From the NCBI RefSeq assembly GCF_009914755.1, contig NC_060927.1: a stretch of DNA of 64,000 nucleotides; one strand, given 5' to 3'. Position 1 is the stretch's first letter. Each line of letters starts with the position of its first letter. The notes beneath the pieces were generated by a model. The model worked only from the letters and a program-made list of their open reading frames with translations, was not told the origin of the DNA and ran no database searches. Of this stretch, positions 58,030 to 64,000 are shown piece after piece. The translations under genes were made by a program, and so were the position numbers. This DNA comes from the human T2T-CHM13v2.0 reference genome, Homo sapiens.

Positions 58030-58510
58030 TCATGCGATCGCCAGTGAGGCTAGAAAGTTTTAAGTTTAGTTCTCCTAGTGTTTGAAACACAAGCTGAAGT
58101 GAAGGCCCTTGTTATAACTGGGAAATTAGCCTCCAGCCTCTCTAAAATTGGAAGTGCAGAGAGAGAAGGGAAACTGAACAAGTATCTGTTTCTTCTTCCC
58201 TCTCCCGCTCCAGCCCCTCCCCCTTAGTTCTCCAACCCGGGCCTCACTATAGGTCAAAATGAATGCAGCTGCCCAACACTGTGATGCGAGCTCGTTCACA
58301 CTGACGGACACTTTTCTCATGTTCACGTGGTAGGTCACAGAGCAGTAGGGGAAAGGGAAGTGGTGATGCAGTATCTACTACCTACGCTAGGGGTAGGGGA
58401 CCAGAAAGTTGCTAGGGGAAAAAAAAATATTCGAACAGTGAAATGGAGCGTGTAACAAAGTGGAGGAGAGTGACTCTTTGAACCGCTATGGTGGCAGGAA
58501 GAGCAAATCA
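58030..58510. promoter_or_regulatory. Candidate promoter/enhancer (CpG-retaining unique sequence)
   Basis: About a dozen CpGs, CACGTG at 58324-58329, CCCCTCCCC box; not a full CpG island. Confidence 0.3.
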
Positions 58511-59623
58511 GGTGCTGTGTTACAAAAGAACAGGGAAAAAATGTACAAGTGAGATGGTATATATCCAAGTTATTTGAAGACCCTGAAATCCTTCAAATAT
58601 TAGAGATTATAGCTATGATGCTAAATGCCTTAGGGACTTTCAGAAGAGCTTGTATATTTAAAAGGGGTGCAAAACCTCGAAAATTTATAGGCATCCTAGA
58701 AAGTCCCCCAACAGAAACTCTGAAACCTGCATCGAGACTTCCCATTTTACAGTACAAGGAAGGTGGGGGTAGGGGATGGGGTGGTTTCCACCGGGCCCAG
58801 CAAAAAAAAGCAGAAAGGTCACCTCCTCCCAATCTGCAAGTATCTGAAATCCCCTCATGGAGGATTGTGACATGAGGCTGAAAGACTCAGAGCACACAGG
58901 ATGAGACCTCAGGCCAGAGCCAGGTCAGCTCAGCTCGCAAAAGAAGGGTGGGAAGTTCCTACTCTGGTGCTGCTGGCACACCATCCCCCAGAATGGAGGC
59001 AGGAGTGGGAGGCAGGCTGCCTGGCAGAACTAGGTGGAGAGGGAAGAAAATGGCCTGAGAATGCTGACTAGATTTGAGTATTTGATGTCTGAAGGGGATT
59101 TGGGGTGAGGCAGGGAACAAATGACTTGAAAAGAAAACCACGAAGGCAGATGAAAGACACAAGATAGAAGAGGGGAGGCTAACTATAAGAAAGTGATTGT
59201 GGGCAGGTTGAGAGATAGCCATTGGGACAAAAGAAAGTGGTCAGTGAGGGCGAGGAAGGAAGAAATCAGCCTCAGAAGGAGCAGAATTCACACCAGTCTG
59301 AAGCCCAAATCTGAAATAGATTCACACATTATTCAAGCCCAAGAGTTGTGGTTTGGGGTGCCCTTATATGGGGCTGGGGGGAGGTGGCAGGAGGGGTTCT
59401 TTTTAAATAAATGAACCATAAATGATTCAAAAGATTTTTTTAACTTTTTATTATGAAAAATTGAGCATACAAAAAAGTAAGCAGAATATAATAATGACCT
59501 TCATGTACCCAGTACTCTGATCCAACAATTGTCTAATCCTGGTCAATCATGTCATTCAACCACAGCCATTTTCCCGCTTCTCATATTAGTTTTTTTTTTT
59601 TTTTTTTTAATTATTGTAGTAAT

Positions 59624-59921
<298 letters not shown>

Positions 59922-60143
59922 GTGACCACAATGTCATTATACCTCAAAAATTCTTACCATCAGGGGATATTTTGGTGGCATTTCTACATTAAAGCCTCTC
60001 TTGTTACTGTACCCAAAAATGCTTGTGCATTTTAGAAGAATTTGGAAAGGTGAGAAGAAATTTTACTAAGAGAAGGGATCAGGAGGTAAAGCTGTATCAG
60101 GAACCCTGGGAAGGACAAAGACCTAGCAAGAAAGACTGTTCTA

Positions 60144-60515
<372 letters not shown>

Positions 60516-60902
60516 TTAGCTCTAGAGAAGTCTGCAGCAATCAGTAGACATCAAAAAGCCAACATTGAAACTGCTCTCATTGAAAGCAGAGAATTAGGGG
60601 ATCTCTATAGCAGCAAAAATGGTGTTTTCTGTTCTGTCTCCCTTCCCCCAATCTATTGTACTAATATATTATGTGCATCATAAAATATTTAAAAAACGTA
60701 TCATTAAAGGATGTGATTAAAAAATAAACTTCTTATATTTTTCTCACACTCTAATACATCATCTTGCACCCCTCACTTTGGACACCACAGAGCTTGATTG
60801 TCACTGTTACCCCAAGTGTAATCTTTAAGTGGGTGATAGAGAAATCAGGTTTGGCAGGTTGAAAAAGAGCCTAGGGACACCTATGCAAAGGACAGTAGAG
60901 GC

Positions 60903-61384
<482 letters not shown>

Positions 61385-62689
61385 TGTAGGTGTTTAAAAA
61401 AATAGTTGCTTAACGTGAGGATATTAGTTCTGATTTTAAAACATTTTATTCTGCCATTTTCTCATCTAGGAGTGGGACAATGTTTCGCAGGGAAGTGAGA
61501 GGAAAAGGAGGGTAGAAAAACTTTAAAGTAGAAATTAGACCTAATAAAAGAATAGTGAAGTTCTCTCGAAAAAGGGTGGTTTTCATTTCTATATTCCAGG
61601 TTCTAATTTACTACATCTTAAACTGATCCAAAATTTTGACAGACCTTATTTTCATTCAACCAAAGGCACTTACCCTATTAGATTATTAAAATTATCTAAT
61701 GACTATTTCATATTGCGATCATGGTTATTTCATATGTCAAAATAATTAATCCCGGCTACTTACATGTTTTCTTTTTAATCAAGTTTATCTCTCAGTTGGG
61801 AAAAGAAACAAATCTGATCTTAAAAAGATACAAAGACATTTTCTATCTCTGAGGAACTGACTTCATCAAATTATCCTGGAGGGAAAAGCAAGTACAAAAA
61901 TATGAACTATAGGCAGCTGGAAAGCAAAATTCTCCACAGTGAATGACACACCAAATCCTGCAGGGAAATATGCACCACAATACTTTGTTTCCTGTGGCTT
62001 CCTGCCTGAGGAACACTGAAGAACAGTAAAAATTATTCCAGAAATGATTTCCTCAGCTGTCTCATGGATGAATTTAGCACAGGTATTTGGTCAAAATGTT
62101 AAATCACTGTCAAATCCAAACGTGTATATTTATATTTTATATATGTAATCACAGGTTCCTAAAAATGAAGGTTAAAAGAAACTTGAACTGGATTCCATTT
62201 TATCACACGCCTGGAATGCTGAAAATGCTGTGGCAAAGTCATCCATTCATTCATCTAAGTGAAAAGCCTATAAAATCATAGGCATCTTCAGCCATATCCT
62301 TAAATTTCACCATTTTACGTTTCACCAAAGTTATATTGGCATTATCTTTTGTGCTGGAAACAAAGTTAATTGTCTTCTGCAGGATACTTAAAATAAAATG
62401 GGCAATCTCAGTTTATTTTATGATATTTAAGAGGCTAAAATGAGCTTGTTCCACAAATAGCCTTCCTAGTAAATCCTGGGAAGTCATGAGAGGGCTGTGT
62501 GACGGTAGCACACACCTACAGTAGATGGCATTGTGCATTTGGCTTGGCCACAGCAAGTGTTTACTAAACTAGGGGTGGGTTGTCACAACAGACTCCAAGG
62601 TCATGCAGAAAATTAATATCAATAATTAATATCTTTGTATGGTTTTACATGGTACTTCACGTTTTTAGATGATTTATAATTAGTTATCA

Positions 62690-63310
62690 TCCATCCTTGA
62701 TATGTTATTGCCATAATTCAGGACCTCCATATCTCTTACCTGGACTACTTCTAAATAGGTTCTCATCTCACTCCAGCCCATCCTCACCATCACATGTTCT
62801 CTTGACAATGCATCTTGGAGCCTGTCACTCCTGTTATTTATCTATAGAATGTTCTATCTCTTGTTTCTTGGTTCTCACCTCCTACTACCTTCCCACATTC
62901 ACTGCTTAACACAGCCACATGGAGTTTTGTGCCATTCTCCAAACATACTGTTTGGTTCTAAGCTCTGTTTCTTCACTGTTCTTCATGAGTATCTTCAAAG
63001 TCTCTGCCTTGCCTGACTGGCAAGCTCTCACAAGAACTGGGAAATCAAGCCACAACTTTATCTCTTCTGTGGAAGCCTTTTGGGAAAGTTCCAGGGTTGG
63101 CCTTTCTATCTTTTGTGTTATCTTAACCTTTGTACATACTTTTATTGTCATTCTTATCACCATTGTCTCTTTCCAAATCTGGGTTCCCCTCTCTCCACTA
63201 TCACCCCCAAATAGAAATTGAGTTCCTCCAGGGAAGATACTCTTTCACAGTCATCTTGGTATCCCCAGAATCTGGCAAGTGTTCAATTAAAGAAACTGAT
63301 GAGCTCAATT
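62690..63310 (+). mobile_element. Degraded L2
   Basis: tctcttacctggactac, tgtcactcctg, ttgagttcctccaggg...gtatccccag. Confidence 0.6.
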
Positions 63311-63591
63311 GATTATTAAAAGAACTTTTGTTCCTGTTTGAGGTAGAGAAAGTAGAATACAACAAAGCAGAAACAATGTTATTTCACCTAAATCAGAGGT
63401 GAGAAATCTATTTTACTGTGAGCCAATTATGAAAATTTAAAGATGCTCACTGGTTATATTTTTAAATTATTTAAAACAAAAATATTTCTACTGAATGAAA
63501 GAATTTCAATGTGAAAATAGGCACTTCCTGTTATAGGCACTAAACTGTTAAAATGTGAGCAGATGTGAGAAGCAGCAGCACAGAGATGGTT

Positions 63592-63617
63592 TTCTGAGCT
63601 TTGATCAAAGCTTAGAA
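63592..63617. promoter_or_regulatory. Palindrome with overlapping inverted TCF/LEF motifs
   Basis: ttctgAGCTTTGATCAAAGCTtagaa; CTTTGAT present on both strands. Confidence 0.35.
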
Positions 63618-64000
63618 GTGGCAGATTGCTCTTCATCAACCAGGATCATTTATTCTTGGCACCAAGTCTTGGCACTTAGATTACAGAGGATCAGAGGACC
63701 ACATGGTCCTTGTTCCTTAGGGAGGCCTTTCTTCAAAGGTTGACTTTCTTTGCCATCCTCTCTCTGCAAGGGGTCTCTCTGGCCTCTCTAACTTAGTGGA
63801 TTTTTCCTTCCCCCCTCCCTCCACTTTTGTGAGTCAGGTGTTAGAGTTAATACTTAGCAAAGAAAATATATACACATATTAAAGTTGATCATTAGCAGCC
63901 TCATATAAATAACACCCTGGGGAAAATGCCTAAATCTATGAATAGTTGCTTATAAACTATGATTCACAGGGTCTCAAGGGGTTATGTAGCAATTTGGGAG

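Noticed and set aside
58758-58784. G-quadruplex candidate
   Set aside because: It has only three runs of three or more G; the fourth run is GG.

Overview
This is human nuclear DNA (it carries a human-specific AluYb8), intergenic or intronic. I find no supportable protein-coding gene, tRNA, rRNA, CRISPR array or prokaryotic system. The listed ORFs are chance or repeat-derived frames. Much of the window is interspersed repeat: about 24 dimeric Alus plus FLAM, FAM and BC200-like monomers, old L1/HAL1 and L2 fragments, MIRs, MaLR/ERVL LTRs and hAT DNA-transposon relics, often nested and with visible target-site duplications. Subfamily names come from remembered consensus motifs, not RepeatMasker, and boundaries of old repeats are approximate. 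The most interesting signals are: (1) an inverted, near-identical local copy of part of an MLT1A LTR inserted into a MIR 1.8 kb away; (2) a copy of an L1's 3' flank inserted inside that L1; (3) several fold-back (template-switch-like) hairpin scars; (4) a BC200-like retrocopy with a perfect 13-bp TSD; (5) a ~100-nt segment with complete exon signals on both strands; (6) a few motif-dense enhancer candidates. I see no convincing novel multi-gene system.
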